64,000 bases of DNA from the human T2T-CHM13v2.0 reference genome, Homo sapiens: assembly GCF_009914755.1 (NCBI RefSeq), contig NC_060931.1; one strand, 5' to 3'. Positions 22,991-64,000 of this stretch are shown one piece after another. How positions within the stretch are numbered: the stretch's first letter is position 1; each line of letters starts with the position of its first letter. A program made the translations under genes and the position numbers. The notes beneath the pieces were generated by a model. The model saw only the letters and a list, made by a program, of their open reading frames with translations. It was not told the DNA's origin and did not search any database.

Positions 22991-23284
22991 TCAGCTATAT
23001 ATTTTCATCCTGATTTTAACTGTGGGAAATGACTCAACACTGCAAATAGTTTATGGGTCTAATCTATTCATTTATTATATTAACAAATACATTTATTATA
23101 TCCAGAAATGGAAACATTGTTTTACAATCCTTAAACAAGTACCCAAAATACTTCTGGATAGACACTTCAAATTCAACACATCCTTACTATCTAGTATCCA
23201 CATGGAGAAAACATACATTGTATCTCTCAAATTACCAAAATCTTTGGCAATAATGGTGTCTTCTTTCTTGAAAACTGAAAGCAT

Positions 23285-23589
<305 letters not shown>

Positions 23590-23776
23590 TTAGAAAAACC
23601 AACAGTATGCTGGGAAATACACAATGTTTAAGTCAAAATCATCTCAGAAATTGGATACCAGTTATATAACTATTCCTTATACACAGTTGCCTTTGATACC
23701 CTACTCCAAATTGAAGCTGCCAGCTGCTGTCTTAGCAAAGACCCTCAAAGTTCTTGCTGTACTTGTTTTAAGAGGT

Positions 23777-24089
<313 letters not shown>

Positions 24090-24324
24090 ACTTTAAGAGT
24101 TTTATAACGGTTTCATTTCCCCTTATTCCCTGCTCCAACCCATCCTCCACTCTATCACCAGAGCTATTTTTGAAATCACGAATCTGGTCAAATAATTTTT
24201 CTGCTTGAAAAATTACTAGTGCCCCACTTCCTACTATATGAAACTTAAAATCTAGTCATCACTGGGCCCCAAACTACCTTCTTTTCAGAATCTCTCTGAT
24301 CCTTTCCCTTCATCAAGTCCCCTA

Positions 24325-24325
<1 letters not shown>

Positions 24326-24373
<48 letters not shown>
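24326..24373. repeat. (ATT)16 microsatellite; (ATT)13 at 52323-52361
   Basis: Counted directly. Confidence 0.95.
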
Positions 24374-24375
24374 GA

Positions 24376-24573
<198 letters not shown>

Positions 24574-25271
24574 TAACTCCTGACCTCAGGTGATCTGCCC
24601 GCCTTGGCCTTCCAAAGCACTAGGATTACAGGTGTGAGCCACCGCAACTGGCCGTCCCCTATATTGCAGCACAGTGAACAACTGTTTCCTGAACATCACA
24701 AGCTCTCTTAGACACTACAGTGTATAAGCAGGTCTCTGTCTAAACTGCTCTCCTCTTGCCCCTCTGCCCAACCAATGTCTGCTCATCCAAAGAATGTATC
24801 CCGTGTGTTCATTAACTTAGCAAGTTCCCAGTAAACAGTTTAATTGATCACTCGTTAAGAGAAGGCGGGAAACCTCCATGAAAAGAGAAATCAGTGGGTA
24901 TTTCCTACAGCATTTAACACATCGTAGGCCTTCAATAAACCCTTGTGAAATAAACAAACCTCTTTACTCTTCATTCTATGTTGCTAAGAATCTCACCTAA
25001 GTCTGTCTACCATGTGAAACTGCAGATGACCTCACAGAAAATGGAAAGAAGTATCTCTAAAAATAAGTTTATTTGGCAACACACTACAGGCTACAGGTTC
25101 ACTTCTGATTTTTTTTCTTTTTTTTTTTTTGAGATGGAGTCTTGCTGTGTTTACCCAAGACATGTTTTAGACTGTAAATTGGAGGCTGAAAAACATCATA
25201 ACATCACTTTTGCCCTACTCAATGACTATCCTGTTACTAAGGTTGGGCCAAAATTAAAGGGGGGGTCATAG

Positions 25272-25439
<168 letters not shown>

Positions 25440-25446
25440 TAATTAA

Positions 25447-25795
<349 letters not shown>

Positions 25796-25846
25796 TGAAG
25801 TCCTGGCCTCAAGCAATCCTCCCACCTTGGCCTCCCAAAGTTCTAG

Positions 25847-26200
<354 letters not shown>

Positions 26201-26624
26201 TGATCAAAGGAGCATCAAAGAATTTGCAGCCTCCAGAAGGAGGTCATTTCCTGCCTCTGAGTCTCAGTTTCCACATCTATGAAATAAAGTTAATGATCCT
26301 TCACTCCAGGGTTGTCGTGAAGGCTAAATTAAGTTGTATTTGGAAAAATATGTGGGGCACAGTAGGTGTGTTTCTCACACCCAGAGTCAGAGTGTTTAGC
26401 AGAGGGTTAGTAGTTGCCTCCAGGGCATGAAGGGCTCTTCCTGACCCTAAGTGTGAGGAACGCTTTGGGTTAAAAGATTGTACTTTTCTGCGTTCAGCTG
26501 AAAGGTGGAGGGCTCAGTGAGGTGGCTCACACCTGTAATTCCAATGCTTTGGGAGGCCGAGGTGGGAGGATCACTTGAGCCCAGGAGTTTGAGAGCAGCT
26601 TAAACAACACAGTAAGACCTTGTT

Positions 26625-26627
<3 letters not shown>

Positions 26628-26660
<33 letters not shown>
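26628..26660. repeat. (CA)16 microsatellite in an Alu linker; same length at 54616-54648
   Basis: Counted directly. Confidence 0.95.
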
Positions 26661-26661
<1 letters not shown>

Positions 26662-27207
26662 TAGCCAGGCGTGGTGGCATGCGCCTGTAGTTCCAGCTAC
26701 TTGGGAGGCTGAGGTGGGTGGATTGCTTGAGGCAAGGAGTTTGAGACAAGCCTGGTCAACACAGTGACACCCCATCATCCCCCAAAATCATTTTTCTTTG
26801 TTTTAAGGCAGAGCCTCACTCTATTGCCCAGGCTGGAGTGCAGTGGTGTGATCTCACCTCCTTGCAACCTCTGCCTCCCGGGTTCAAGCGATTCTTGTGT
26901 CTCAGCCTCCTGAGTAGCTAGGATTACAGGTGTGCACCACCATGCCTGGCTAATTTTTGTATTTTTAGCGGAGATGGGGTTTTGCCGTGTTGGTCAGGCT
27001 GGTCTTCAACTCCTGGCCTCAAGTGATCCGTCTGCCTTGGCCTCCCAAAGTGCTGGGATTACAGGTGTGAGCCACTGTGCCCAGCCACAATAAATCATTT
27101 TTAAAAGGTTAAATTTAACCTCATTTAAGTAATACATGTAAGTCTCATCGAATATTTGAAGCCAGTTTGTGAGGTAAAGTCTATTATTATGTGCATTTTA
27201 ATTCTTA

Positions 27208-27754
<547 letters not shown>

Positions 27755-28689
27755 CTATGCCTGACTGCGTCTCCACGCTGCTGGGAAGGTTGACTGAATC
27801 TGCCACTACCTCCCTGGGGTGCATGTGCTTACCAAACCATTGCATTATGTAAAAGGCGGTACTGTAGGTTTTTAGTTTTTTAATTTTTATTTTTTTGAGA
27901 TAGAGTCTCACTCTGTCACCCAGGCTGGAGTGTAGTGGCATGATCTTGGCTGACTGCAATCTCTGCCTTCCGGGTTCAAGCGATTCTCTTGCCTCAGCCT
28001 CCTGAGTAGCTGGGACTACAGGCCCACACCACCACGCCTGGCTAATTTTTGTATTTTTAGTAGAGACAGGGTTTCACCATGTTGGACATCATGGTCTCGG
28101 TCTCTTGGGCTCATTATCTGCCTGCCTCGGCCTCCCGAAGTGCTGGGATTACAGGTGTGAGCCACAGTGCCTGGCCTCTAGTGACTTCATTTTAACTTGA
28201 TCACCTCTGTAAAGACTCTGGTTCCAATAAGGTCACCTCTAAGGTCTGGAGGGTCATGGCTTCAATACATGAATTAGGGGTGGGGGGCACACCATGCAGC
28301 CCATAATACTAGCGTATCTGGTTATGTTAAACTTGCTATAGCCACAGTCTCGCTGACTTGGATTATGGTGCCATGGGAAGGGCCCTTAAAGATCATCTTA
28401 TCTGGTTGGGCTCAATGGCTCACGCGTGTAATTCCAGCACTTTGAGAGGCCAAGGCAAGAGGATCGCTTGTGACCAAGAGTTCAAGACCAGTCTGGGCAA
28501 CAGAGCAAGATGCTATATCTACTACAGGCATGCACCTGTAGTCTCAGCTACTTGGGAGGCTGAGAGAAGAGGATTGCTTGAGCCCAGGAGGCAACAGAGA
28601 GCTGATTGTACCACTGCACCCCAGCCGAGGCAACAGAGAGCTGATTGTACCACTGCACCCCAGCCAAGGCAACAGAGACCTTGTCTCTA

Positions 28690-28973
<284 letters not shown>

Positions 28974-29893
28974 TCAAAATATTAGGAAAAAAAAAGAGAG
29001 AGAGCCTCTTTTCCATCTCCCCGCCACAGAGTTGTCTTCAGTAATTTCATTCCCTTTTTTCCTGAGGATTCACTGGGTTTCTGGGTCCCAGAGGGGAAGT
29101 TCTCTTCAAGGTACAGAAACCACGACTCCGCAGAGAACCGCAGAGAACCGCAGAGATGGCAGCATGACCAGACCACGGACAGGTGTGTAGAAGCTGCTGG
29201 GCTGAAACTTGGGCTGAACTTCCGCTGCAGGTTGACTTATTCCCATCAGCACCAAAGCCGCTGGAGGGGGTCATCCACTAGCAAATGAAGTGGGGGCACG
29301 GATTGGAGGCTGTTTCAGAAGGTCCCACTGAGCCACGGACTCAAGGCCTGGCCACAGCCCTCCCAAGCGAGGCCCAGATCATATTTCACCACGCTCAGAA
29401 AACCTTGCCAGCTCATTTCAGTCCACAGTGACTTTGCTTTCTTTAGGATCTCTCTTGCACTGTCCAACTCAGAGAATTTCAAATCTGAATGGATTCCAAT
29501 GATGGAGCTAAATCAGGCCTCACCTCAGTTTTTTAATTACAATCAATAGGGCTGGGTCCCAGCATCTGTGTCTTAATGTTCCTCCATGTGATCCTCATGC
29601 TGAAAGGCTGGTATTTGAAAATCCCTTTTTTTGGGGAGTGAAGGGTTTTTTTAGAGACAGGCCTCACTCTGATGCCCAGCCTGGAATGCAGTGGTGGATC
29701 ACAGCTCACTGCAGCCTCGAACTCCTGGCCGCAAGAAATCCTCCCACCTTAGCCAACCAAAGTGTTGGGATTGCAGGAGTGACCACTGTGTCCAGCCAGG
29801 AAAGCCCTTCTGTTTCACTTGAATGATATTTCTGCCGCAGACCTACAGCCCTTGTTGTATTAAACGGCATCATTGCAGGAAAAGAAAAGGTGA

Positions 29894-30172
<279 letters not shown>

Positions 30173-32362
30173 TGATCTCAACCTCCTCACCTCTGGTTAT
30201 CTGTCGGCATCAGCTTCCAAAAGTGCTGGGATTACAAGTGTGAGCCGCCGCACCTGGTTTGCCCATTTTTTGACAATGTATCAACATCATCTAAGATGGG
30301 CACTGCCTCAGTGTAGTGTGTCTAGACAAGGTGGCCGGAACAGAGAGGAATATGCATACCAGGCTTAAAGACGGGTTAAATCAGAGCTTTTCATTCCACA
30401 AAAGAGCAATTTTAATGAGGTCAGAACATGGATGTTCTAATATTTGAAAGCCTGTTAACTAGGAGAGAGAGTAAAGTGATTTGTTGTAGGAGGACACACC
30501 CAGCTCTGACGGTTTAAAGCGTCATGAATGCAAATTTGAACTCCAGAAAAGCAGAGCTTCCTAACAATGGGACTTCCACAGCAATGGGATTTCCTTCCGC
30601 ATTCAGTTTGTGCCTTTCCCATGAGCGAGAGACTCCTAGGAGAGCCGCAGCCCGTTAGGAAGCCATGTGGGAACTCATCCACAGGTTCTTTTTGTTTTTT
30701 TTTTTTGTTGTTTTTTTTTGAGATGTAGTTTTGCTCTTGTTGCCCAGGCTGGAGTGCAATGGTGTGACCTTGGCTCACTGCAACCTCCGCCTCCCAAGTT
30801 TAAGCCATTCTGCTGTCCCCGCCTCCTGAGTGGCTGGGATTACAGGCACCCACCACCATGCCTGACTAATTTTTTGTATTTTTAGAAGAGATGGGGTTTC
30901 ACCATGTTGGCCAGGCTGCTCTTAAACTCCTGACCTCAAGCGATCCACCTGCTATGGCCTCCCAAAGCGCTGGGATTACAGGCGTGAGCCACTGTGCCTG
31001 GCCGGAACCCACAGGTTCTTTGGATGGTCTCTGAATGTCATGAAACTCTTTTATATTTAATTAAAAAAATTTTTTTGACACAAGGTCTTGCTGTGTTGCC
31101 CAGACTGGAGTGCGGTGTCACGATCACAGCTCACTGCAGCCCCTAACTCCTAGGCTCAAGCAATCCTCCTGCCACCTCAGTCTCTCAAGTTGTTGGAACA
31201 CAGGTGCCAGCCACGACACCTGGCTAATTTTGTTTTGTTTTGTTTTGTTTTGTTTTAGAGATGGGCTCTTGCTATGTTGCCTATACTGGTCTTGAACTGC
31301 TGGCCTCAGGCAGTCTTCCTCCCTTGGCCACCCAAAGAGATGGGATTACAAGCATGAGCCACTGTGCACAGCTGAGATTTTTCGACTTAGTCTTTTTGTA
31401 CACCCAGTATCTTATAGAATATCCATAATATAGATTCATAAATAAACCATTTCCTTCAATGGTATAAATAAATAAACCACTGCTATAAATGGTGGAATTT
31501 TCTGAGTTAAGAGCAATACATATGATACAAAACTTGATATATAGAGTTTCTTAGCCAAACTGGAGGGGCTGGCTTTAGGTGATCCGTGGACTCCCTGAAA
31601 TTGGGGACACCATTGGAAATATGTGTGAACTCATGGGCAGTTTCCTATGATTTCCAGTCCTCAAAATATCTCTTGGACTCAAAGATGCCTTAGGGCAGAG
31701 GACGCGTGTACCCCCAGTACAGAATCTCGGACAGTGAATGTCAGTAGACACTCGGCAGAAAACCTCTGCCAAATTGAGTGCTCTGATGTGACTTTTTCAT
31801 CAAGTCAATGTTCCTGGGATCTCTTGTACATGATAATCTCACTCTTGTAAGGTTTCATCGTTTCTGCTTACCCTACTTTTCTTTCCCATCCTGATCCCTC
31901 TCCCACCAGACTGGACTCTGAAACGGGCATGTACAGAGAAGAGGAGACCCCAACACGCTTCAAGCTTTGAGTGGAGAGGACACAGCCTCTGCTGGGACAG
32001 GGAACAGAGGGATGCGGAGACCCTGAAGATGCTTTTGGACAGTGGTCTGAGGTTGGGACAGTGGCAGGAGATACCATTCACCCAGGATCTCCAGGACAAG
32101 AGATCAGCCTGGCAGTTACATGTGTTTTTTTTCAAACTGGTTGCCAGGTTGGCATGAGCGATGACATCAGAGATTCCGACCTTCCTGATTGGAGGGACCG
32201 GACTCTGTCGGCACCTGGGAGTTCAGTTGGACAACAGTAACTTCTCAGAGCTGTTCTCCACTCCTGACTTCTCCCAGCCTCGAGAATTGATAACACACTC
32301 TTCTGGATCCCAGCAGTGTCCAGAAGAAGACCAAGGACAGAACAGAGACTAGGTTTGGTGAG

Positions 32363-38248
<5,886 letters not shown>

Positions 38249-39146
38249 AGCTCCAGGGACCGTGGAGGCCTGAGGTCATCGGCCTGAGAGAAGGTACATC
38301 TGCATCCTCCGGGGTAAAGGCAGAATATTGGGGTCTATTTCGGAAATCCAAGGAACCCAATTGCTTGATCTGGCTTCAAGCCTGGGCAACGTGGCGAGAT
38401 CCCCTCTCCACAAAAATACAAAAATTAGCCAGGCGATGTGGGAGGCATCTCTACTCCCAACTACTCAGGAGGCTGAGGCGGGAGGATCGCTGGAGCCTGG
38501 GAGGTCGGGGCTGCAGGGAGCCCTGATCCTGCCACTGCACTCCAGCCCGGGCGACAGAGTGAGACCCTGCCTCAAAAATAATCATAAATACTGAGTTCGG
38601 GGAGGTTCATTATGATTGATGCACTTGAGTTACCGATTTGGGTCGAGGGTTCAGTGAAGCTTTGGTTTACATCTTGTGCAGCTAACCATGTTGAGCACAG
38701 AGCATGAGACTTCGTCATGAGGAGGGAGGATTATGGATTAGGCTTCTGGACTCGTGGTTCGTGATGCTGTCACGTTAGAAACAGATCTAGCACGGTTACA
38801 AGTTTAGATCTGAAGTGACACAAAAGGCCCCAGCTGTGATGAAGTCCAAAGCCACATTCTCTGAGGGTGCCCTACTCCCTGGGAAGACCCACCCAAAGTC
38901 CTGGCTATGAAGCAGATCACTGGGGCTGACCTTGGGTGTATTAAGTTTTGGAGTCAGGGTCACCAAAGTGTGAGTTTCACAGTTGAACACGATGGTTCAG
39001 AAGCAGGGTATAGAATGAAAGGCAGGAGATAAAATTGCACTTCTCAATTGCTCTGAACTCTAGCTAGACTTGACATGGGACGTGAATAACCTTCCTGTCT
39101 AGAGAGCTGCCTCCTTGAAGTGTGACATTGTCTCTCTCACTTCCAG

Positions 39147-39251
39147 AACACCGGACCCAGGGGAGATGTGGATTTTCAGCAGGAACTTTATTCCAATGCT
39201 AATGGCAGACATCAGGAAGGAGGAGAGGAACCATTGGTGCAGATCATCTAG
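39147..39251 (+). CDS. SPDYE: SPDYE downstream exon / alternative C-terminus (copy 2, ...EEPLVQII*)
   Basis: As copy 1, with T>G at 39236 (F>L). Confidence 0.65.
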   Translation, partial: NTGPRGDVDFQQELYSNANGRHQEGGEEPLVQII

Positions 39252-41070
39252 AAGAACCTGGACCATTCTTGACAGAGCTGAATACAGTGATCACGTTGTC
39301 CTCCAAGGAGCAGGGGTGGGGTGGGGTACTTCTAGGAGTCCTTGGAGAAAAGTAAGAAACCAGGAGTGTTTCCAGTTCCACCCTTTCCTGCGGCACCACC
39401 TCCCTTTTTATATTGCTGAATGCCAACCTCCCTGGGGCGGAACCTGGAGGTCCTGTTTCTTATGGACTTGGTTGCCACAGTCCAGGAGCATTTGAAGGCA
39501 CAGTGCAGGGGCTCAGATTGGCACAGAATTCTTTGTGAAATATGAGTGCCACAGACTGTAACAGATAGCTTCATGCACACTATGCATTTTATTGGTTTGT
39601 TTGGAAAATGTTGGCCATTGAATTATTAATAGGTTTATTTCAAATAGTTTGGAAATTGTTGTACTTTTGAAAACATGCTGTTCCTGTAGAGTTTTTTGAT
39701 GAGAGTTATAGTTGTTATATATACCTAAAGATAATTTTCTTTTCATTTTTAAGTGAGAATTCTTTTTATCCTAAATCTTTTATTATCTTTAAATTTTTTT
39801 CTGTATTATTATATGTGCTCCTGAAGCGAGCACTCTTTTTATCTATGATACTTCCATAATAATCTCTTCTATTTATAGCTATTGGTAGTTCCCCACCAGA
39901 AAAAAACATAATTCTGGTGATAGAAATTTTTATTTGCTGTTTAGGTTTGTGACTGACTTGTGAGAATTCAGTTGTGATTTTTAACATGTCTCAGATATAT
40001 ATACTAACACGTCTAATATATACTATCTATTTTATTGGTTTATTTTGAAAAACATGGGTATAGAATTATTTAAATATTATTTTATTTACTGAAATATTTA
40101 TTAAATATATTTATTTATTTAAATATTATTATTACTTTAAATATTATTTTAAATATTTTGGAAATACTGGTATTTTTGAATAGATGCTGTTTCTATAAAG
40201 CTGTGTGATGGGTATTATAACTGTTGTATACACATACATATAATTTTGTTTTCCTTTTTAAGAGAGGATTCTTTTCATCCTAAATCTTTTACCTTTCAAT
40301 CTTTGTATCTATTATTACACGTGCTGCTGAAGGGAGCATGGTTTTTATCTATGATACTTAGTTAACATATATATTACATTTATAGCTATGTGGTAGTTCC
40401 CCTAAATTCTTGTAAAAATAAATTTTTATTTGATATTTAGTGTATGTTTGAAATGTGAGAATTCAGATGGAATTTTTTATCTTGTTTTGGCATGTTTGTA
40501 TGTTACTTTAAAGAGGATGTGTGTTCTAAAGGAGGACATGAGCTGTGTGTTTTCAAGAGAACAGTGCAGTGCATCTCTTGGGGAAACATAATAAAGATGA
40601 ACTTTTCTCACCTTCACAGTGAGTGTGATCATATTGTGGTCTGGATTGATTATTTGCTGTCAAGTGACATTTTTCCTTAATGGGGTTGTGGTTATTTGAA
40701 CATATTTGTTAGCTTTGGAAGATAATCCTGTGCTGTTTTTTATGTAGAAAAAAACATACGGCTGGGTGCAGTGCTCACACCTACAATCCCAGCAGTTTTG
40801 GAGGTCATGGCGGGAGGATCACTTGAAGCCTATTTTTAATTTTTATTTTTTAAAGAAAAACAACAGAAGAGAAGGCTGATCCCAAGCTACAGGGTTTTTT
40901 TGTTTGTTTGTTTGTTTGTTTGTTTTGGAGACAGTCTCGCTCTGTCTCCCAGGCTGGAGTGCAGTGGCACAACCTCGGCTCCCTGCAACTTTCACCTCGG
41001 CGTTCAAGCAAATTCTCCTGCCTCAGCCTCCCAAGTAGCTGGGACTACAGGCATCCGCCTGTACGTCTGA

Positions 41071-41214
<144 letters not shown>

Positions 41215-41494
41215 TAGAGTTTTAAAGCAGGAAATGAGAGAAAGATATTGAGAGAGGAAAACCAGGTGGTAAGAAAACTCTAAAGGTGGCTGGGCGTGGT
41301 GGCTCACGCCTGTGATCCCAGCAGGAGTTCGAGACCAGGCAGGAGAATCACTAGCAGAGAATATGTCTCCCCAACCCCTCTCAAAAAAAAAAAAAAAAAA
41401 GTCCAGGCGCGGTGGCTCAGGACTGTAATCCCAGCACTTTGGGAGGCTGAGGTGGGTGGATCATGAGGTCAGGAGATCAAGACCATCCTGGCTA

Positions 41495-41677
<183 letters not shown>

Positions 41678-42398
41678 TCACAAAAGAAAAAAAAAAAAAG
41701 AAAGTTCCTGCAACAGTTCAAGCTGTGAAAGACAGGCACTCTGCCATGCAATTCTTTGTGATTTTTCTTTTTTATTTTTGGAGTCGGGGTCTTGTGCTGT
41801 CACCCAGACTGGGGTGCAGTGGTGCGGTCATAGCTCACTGTGGGCTCAGACTCAAGCTCAAGCAATCTTCTTATCTTGCCTTTCTAATTGCTGGGATTAT
41901 AAGCATGAGCCACTGCACCTGGCCTGTGTGACGTAATTCTGATGTCAACTCCCTGATGTTACATCAAATGCCACAGGTTAAGGCCACCAGCCCCCGCTAG
42001 GCTGCCCTCGCTTCAGATGCAGCTGCAAGCTTGGGTGTCCACAGACCGCATGTACTTCTCACCAACTGGCTGCAAATTTGGAGGTTCCCACCACGTCCTC
42101 AGGTTTGATAATTCACCATAACAACCCACAGAACTCTGAAAAGCATGATACTTTCTCTTTCTTTATTTGAGACAGAGTCTTGCTCTGTCACCCAGGCTGG
42201 AGTGCAGTGGCCACCATGCTTGGCTAATTTTAGTATTTGTATTAGAGACAGGGTTTCGCCATGTTGGCCAGGCTGGTCTTGAACTCCTGACCTCAGGTGA
42301 TCCACCCACCTTGGCCTCCCAAAGTGCTGGGATTACAGGCATAGCCACTGTGCCTGGCTGACTTCTAGAGTTTCAATAACAGAGATGTGGTTCAAGAA

Positions 42399-45988
<3,590 letters not shown>

Positions 45989-46517
45989 TTAGCTGCATAT
46001 GTTTAAGTAACTTTTTAGATTATAAGAAATACGCATGCAAAATGGAAAGGCACAAAGAAGAGAGCAAAAAGTGCATGAGATCTCACATCCAAGGATAACC
46101 GCTGAGAACATGGAAGTGCTGACTCTTCAGTCTTTATACTATACACATTTAGGCCTGTTTTGTTTTTATAAAACTGTAATCATATAATACAGACAGTTTT
46201 ATAATCTGCTTTTTAAACACAACAATTATGTAACATTTAGCTGTTTCATTTGCATTCAAATTCATAAGGGTTCCAGTAACTCATTTATCAGAAAACCAAG
46301 AGAAATATTCTCATAAAAATATAAGTACATAAGGTCAGGCATGGTGGCTCACGCCTGTAATCCCAGCACTTTGAGAGGCCGAGGTGGGCGGATCACCTGA
46401 GGGCAGGAATTCAAGACCAGCCTGGCCAGCCTGGACAACATGGTGGAACCCCGTCTCCACTGAAAATACAAAAATTAGCCGGGCGTGGTGGCGCGCGCCT
46501 ATAATGGTAGCTACTCA

Positions 46518-46837
<320 letters not shown>

Positions 46838-47063
46838 TAATTTTTCATAGAGACAGAGTCTCACTATGTTTCCCAGTCCTAATAAACATTATGTGATAAA
46901 AAGAAAAAAGTAAATCATCCTGAAGTTAAGTCTTTAATGAGAAATGCAAATAAAGCATTTCTCAATAAATTATGGGAAGAGAATCAACTGAAGAATAAAC
47001 ATCTTTAGTAAATCTTTTGCTCATGTGCATTAACCAATACTCTTGAAAACCAGGATTAATTTA

Positions 47064-50986
<3,923 letters not shown>

Positions 50987-51342
50987 TCAGCTATATATTT
51001 TCATCCTGATTTTAACTGTGGGAAATGACTCAACACTGCAAATAGTTTATGGGTCTAATCTATTCATTTATTATATTAACAAATACATTTATTATATCCA
51101 GAAATGGAAACATTGTTTTACAATCCTTAAACAAGTACCCAAAATACTTCTGGATAGACACTTCAAATTCAACACATCCTTACTATCTAGTATCCACATG
51201 GAGAAAACATACATTGTATCTCTCAAATTACCAAAATCTTTGGCAATAATGGTGTCTTCTTTCTTGAAAACTGAAAGCATGGCCGGTGCGGTGGCTCATG
51301 CCTGTAATCCCAGCAATTTGGGACACAGAGGCAGGTGGATCA

Positions 51343-51585
<243 letters not shown>

Positions 51586-51798
51586 TTAGAAAAACCAACA
51601 GTATGCTGGGAAATACACAATGTTTAAGTCAAAATCATCTCAGAAATTGGATACCAGTTATATAACTATTCCTTATACACAGTTGCCTTTGATACCCTAC
51701 TCCAAATTGAAGCTGCCAGCTGCTGTCTTAGCAAAGACCCTCAAAGTTCTTGCTGTACTTGTTTTAAGAGGTTTTTTTTTTTTTTTTTTTTTTTTTGA

Positions 51799-51966
<168 letters not shown>

Positions 51967-52321
51967 TAGTAGAGACAGGGTTCCACCGTTTTAGCCAGGA
52001 TGGTCTCGATCTCCTGACTTCGTGATCCGCCCGCCTCAGCCTCCCAAAGTGCTGGGATTACAGGCGTGAGCCACCATGCCCAGCCCACTTTAAGAGTTTT
52101 ATAACGGTTTCATTTCCCCTTATTCCCTGCTCCAACCCATCCTCCACTCTATCACCAGAGCTATTTTTGAAATCACGAATCTGGTCAAATAATTTTTCTG
52201 CTTGAAAAATTACTAGTGCCCCACTTCCTACTATATGAAACTTAAAATCTAGTCATCACTGGGCCCCAAACTACCTTCTTTTCAGAATCTCTCTGATCCT
52301 TTCCCTTCATCAAGTCCCCTA

Positions 52322-52361
<40 letters not shown>

Positions 52362-52363
52362 GA

Positions 52364-52561
<198 letters not shown>

Positions 52562-53259
52562 TAACTCCTGACCTCAGGTGATCTGCCCGCCTTGGCCTTC
52601 CAAAGCACTAGGATTACAGGTGTGAGCCACCGCAACTGGCCGTCCCCTATATTGCAGCACAGTGAACAACTGTTTCCTGAACATCACAAGCTCTCTTAGA
52701 CACTACAGTGTATAAGCAGGTCTCTGTCTAAACTGCTCTCCTCTTGCCCCTCTGCCCAACCAATGTCTGCTCATCCAAAGAATGTATCCCGTGTGTTCAT
52801 TAACTTAGCAAGTTCCCAGTAAACAGTTTAATTGATCACTCGTTAAGAGAAGGCGGGAAACCTCCATGAAAAGAGAAATCAGTGGGTATTTCCTACAGCA
52901 TTTAACACATCGTAGGCCTTCAATAAACCCTTGTGAAATAAACAAACCTCTTTACTCTTCATTCTATGTTGCTAAGAATCTCACCTAAGTCTGTCTACCA
53001 TGTGAAACTGCAGATGACCTCACAGAAAATGGAAAGAAGTATCTCTAAAAATAAGTTTATTTGGCAACACACTACAGGCTACAGGTTCACTTCTGATTTT
53101 TTTTCTTTTTTTTTTTTTGAGATGGAGTCTTGCTGTGTTTACCCAAGACATGTTTTAGACTGTAAATTGGAGGCTGAAAAACATCATAACATCACTTTTG
53201 CCCTACTCAATGACTATCCTGTTACTAAGGTTGGGCCAAAATTAAAGGGGGGGTCATAG

Positions 53260-53427
<168 letters not shown>

Positions 53428-53434
53428 TAATTAA

Positions 53435-53783
<349 letters not shown>

Positions 53784-53834
53784 TGAAGTCCTGGCCTCAA
53801 GCAATCCTCCCACCTTGGCCTCCCAAAGTTCTAG

Positions 53835-54188
<354 letters not shown>

Positions 54189-54612
54189 TGATCAAAGGAG
54201 CATCAAAGAATTTGCAGCCTCCAGAAGGAGGTCATTTCCTGCCTCTGAGTCTCAGTTTCCACATCTATGAAATAAAGTTAATGATCCTTCACTCCAGGGT
54301 TGTCGTGAAGGCTAAATTAAGTTGTATTTGGAAAAATATGTGGGGCACAGTAGGTGTGTTTCTCACACCCAGAGTCAGAGTGTTTAGCAGAGGGTTAGTA
54401 GTTGCCTCCAGGGCATGAAGGGCTCTTCCTGACCCTAAGTGTGAGGAACGCTTTGGGTTAAAAGATTGTACTTTTCTGCGTTCAGCTGAAAGGTGGAGGG
54501 CTCAGTGAGGTGGCTCACACCTGTAATTCCAATGCTTTGGGAGGCCGAGGTGGGAGGATCACTTGAGCCCAGGAGTTTGAGAGCAGCTTAAACAACACAG
54601 TAAGACCTTGTT

Positions 54613-54649
<37 letters not shown>

Positions 54650-55195
54650 TAGCCAGGCGTGGTGGCATGCGCCTGTAGTTCCAGCTACTTGGGAGGCTGA
54701 GGTGGGTGGATTGCTTGAGGCAAGGAGTTTGAGACAAGCCTGGTCAACACAGTGACACCCCATCATCCCCCAAAATCATTTTTCTTTGTTTTAAGGCAGA
54801 GCCTCACTCTATTGCCCAGGCTGGAGTGCAGTGGTGTGATCTCACCTCCTTGCAACCTCTGCCTCCCGGGTTCAAGCGATTCTTGTGTCTCAGCCTCCTG
54901 AGTAGCTAGGATTACAGGTGTGCACCACCATGCCTGGCTAATTTTTGTATTTTTAGCGGAGATGGGGTTTTGCCATGTTGGTCAGGCTGGTCTTCAACTC
55001 CTGGCCTCAAGTGATCCGTCTGCCTTGGCCTCCCAAAGTGCTGGGATTACAGGTGTGAGCCACTGTGCCCAGCCACAATAAATCATTTTTAAAAGGTTAA
55101 ATTTAACCTCATTTAAGTAATACATGTAAGTCTCATCGAATATTTGAAGCCAGTTTGTGAGGTAAAGTCTATTATTATGTGCATTTTAATTCTTA

Positions 55196-55742
<547 letters not shown>

Positions 55743-56005
55743 CTATGCCTGACTGCGTCTCCACGCTGCTGGGAAGGTTGACTGAATCTGCCACTACCTC
55801 CCTGGGGTGCATGTGCTTACCAAACCATTGCATTATGTAAAAGGCGGTACTGTAGGTTTTTAGTTTTTTAATTTTTATTTTTTTGAGATAGAGTCTCACT
55901 CTGTCACCCAGGCTGGAGTGTAGTGGCATGATCTTGGCTGACTGCAATCTCTGCCTTCCGGGTTCAAGCGATTCTCTTGCCTCAGCCTCCTGAGTAGCTG
56001 GGACT

Positions 56006-64000
<7,995 letters not shown>

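Overview
Human (primate) segmental-duplication DNA: about 2.3 near-identical direct tandem copies of a ~28 kb unit (periods 28,017 and 27,988 bp). The content matches the SPDYE/PMS2P duplicon of chr7q11.23 (Williams-Beuren low-copy repeats); the exact paralogs cannot be fixed from sequence alone. Each unit carries a six-coding-exon Speedy/RINGO E gene on + (265 aa, intact in copies 1 and 2, cut off by the window in copy 3). It also carries PMS2-derived exons 2-5 on - with intact splice sites and no exon 1, a deleted class-I ERV with a nested MST (MaLR) LTR, a Y3 RNA retrocopy, many Alus and several microsatellites. Main observation: PMS2 exons 2-5 plus an 89-nt exon inside the MST LTR total 603 nt (201 codons), have no stop codon, and begin and end in the same phase. 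The cassette can therefore chain in frame from one unit to the next, or circularise into a stop-less ORF. The encoded MutL/GHKL domain has lost key ATPase residues (E41K, D70G, R107Q, E109K) but kept its frame. All splice models are predicted by eye from sequence, with no expression evidence.
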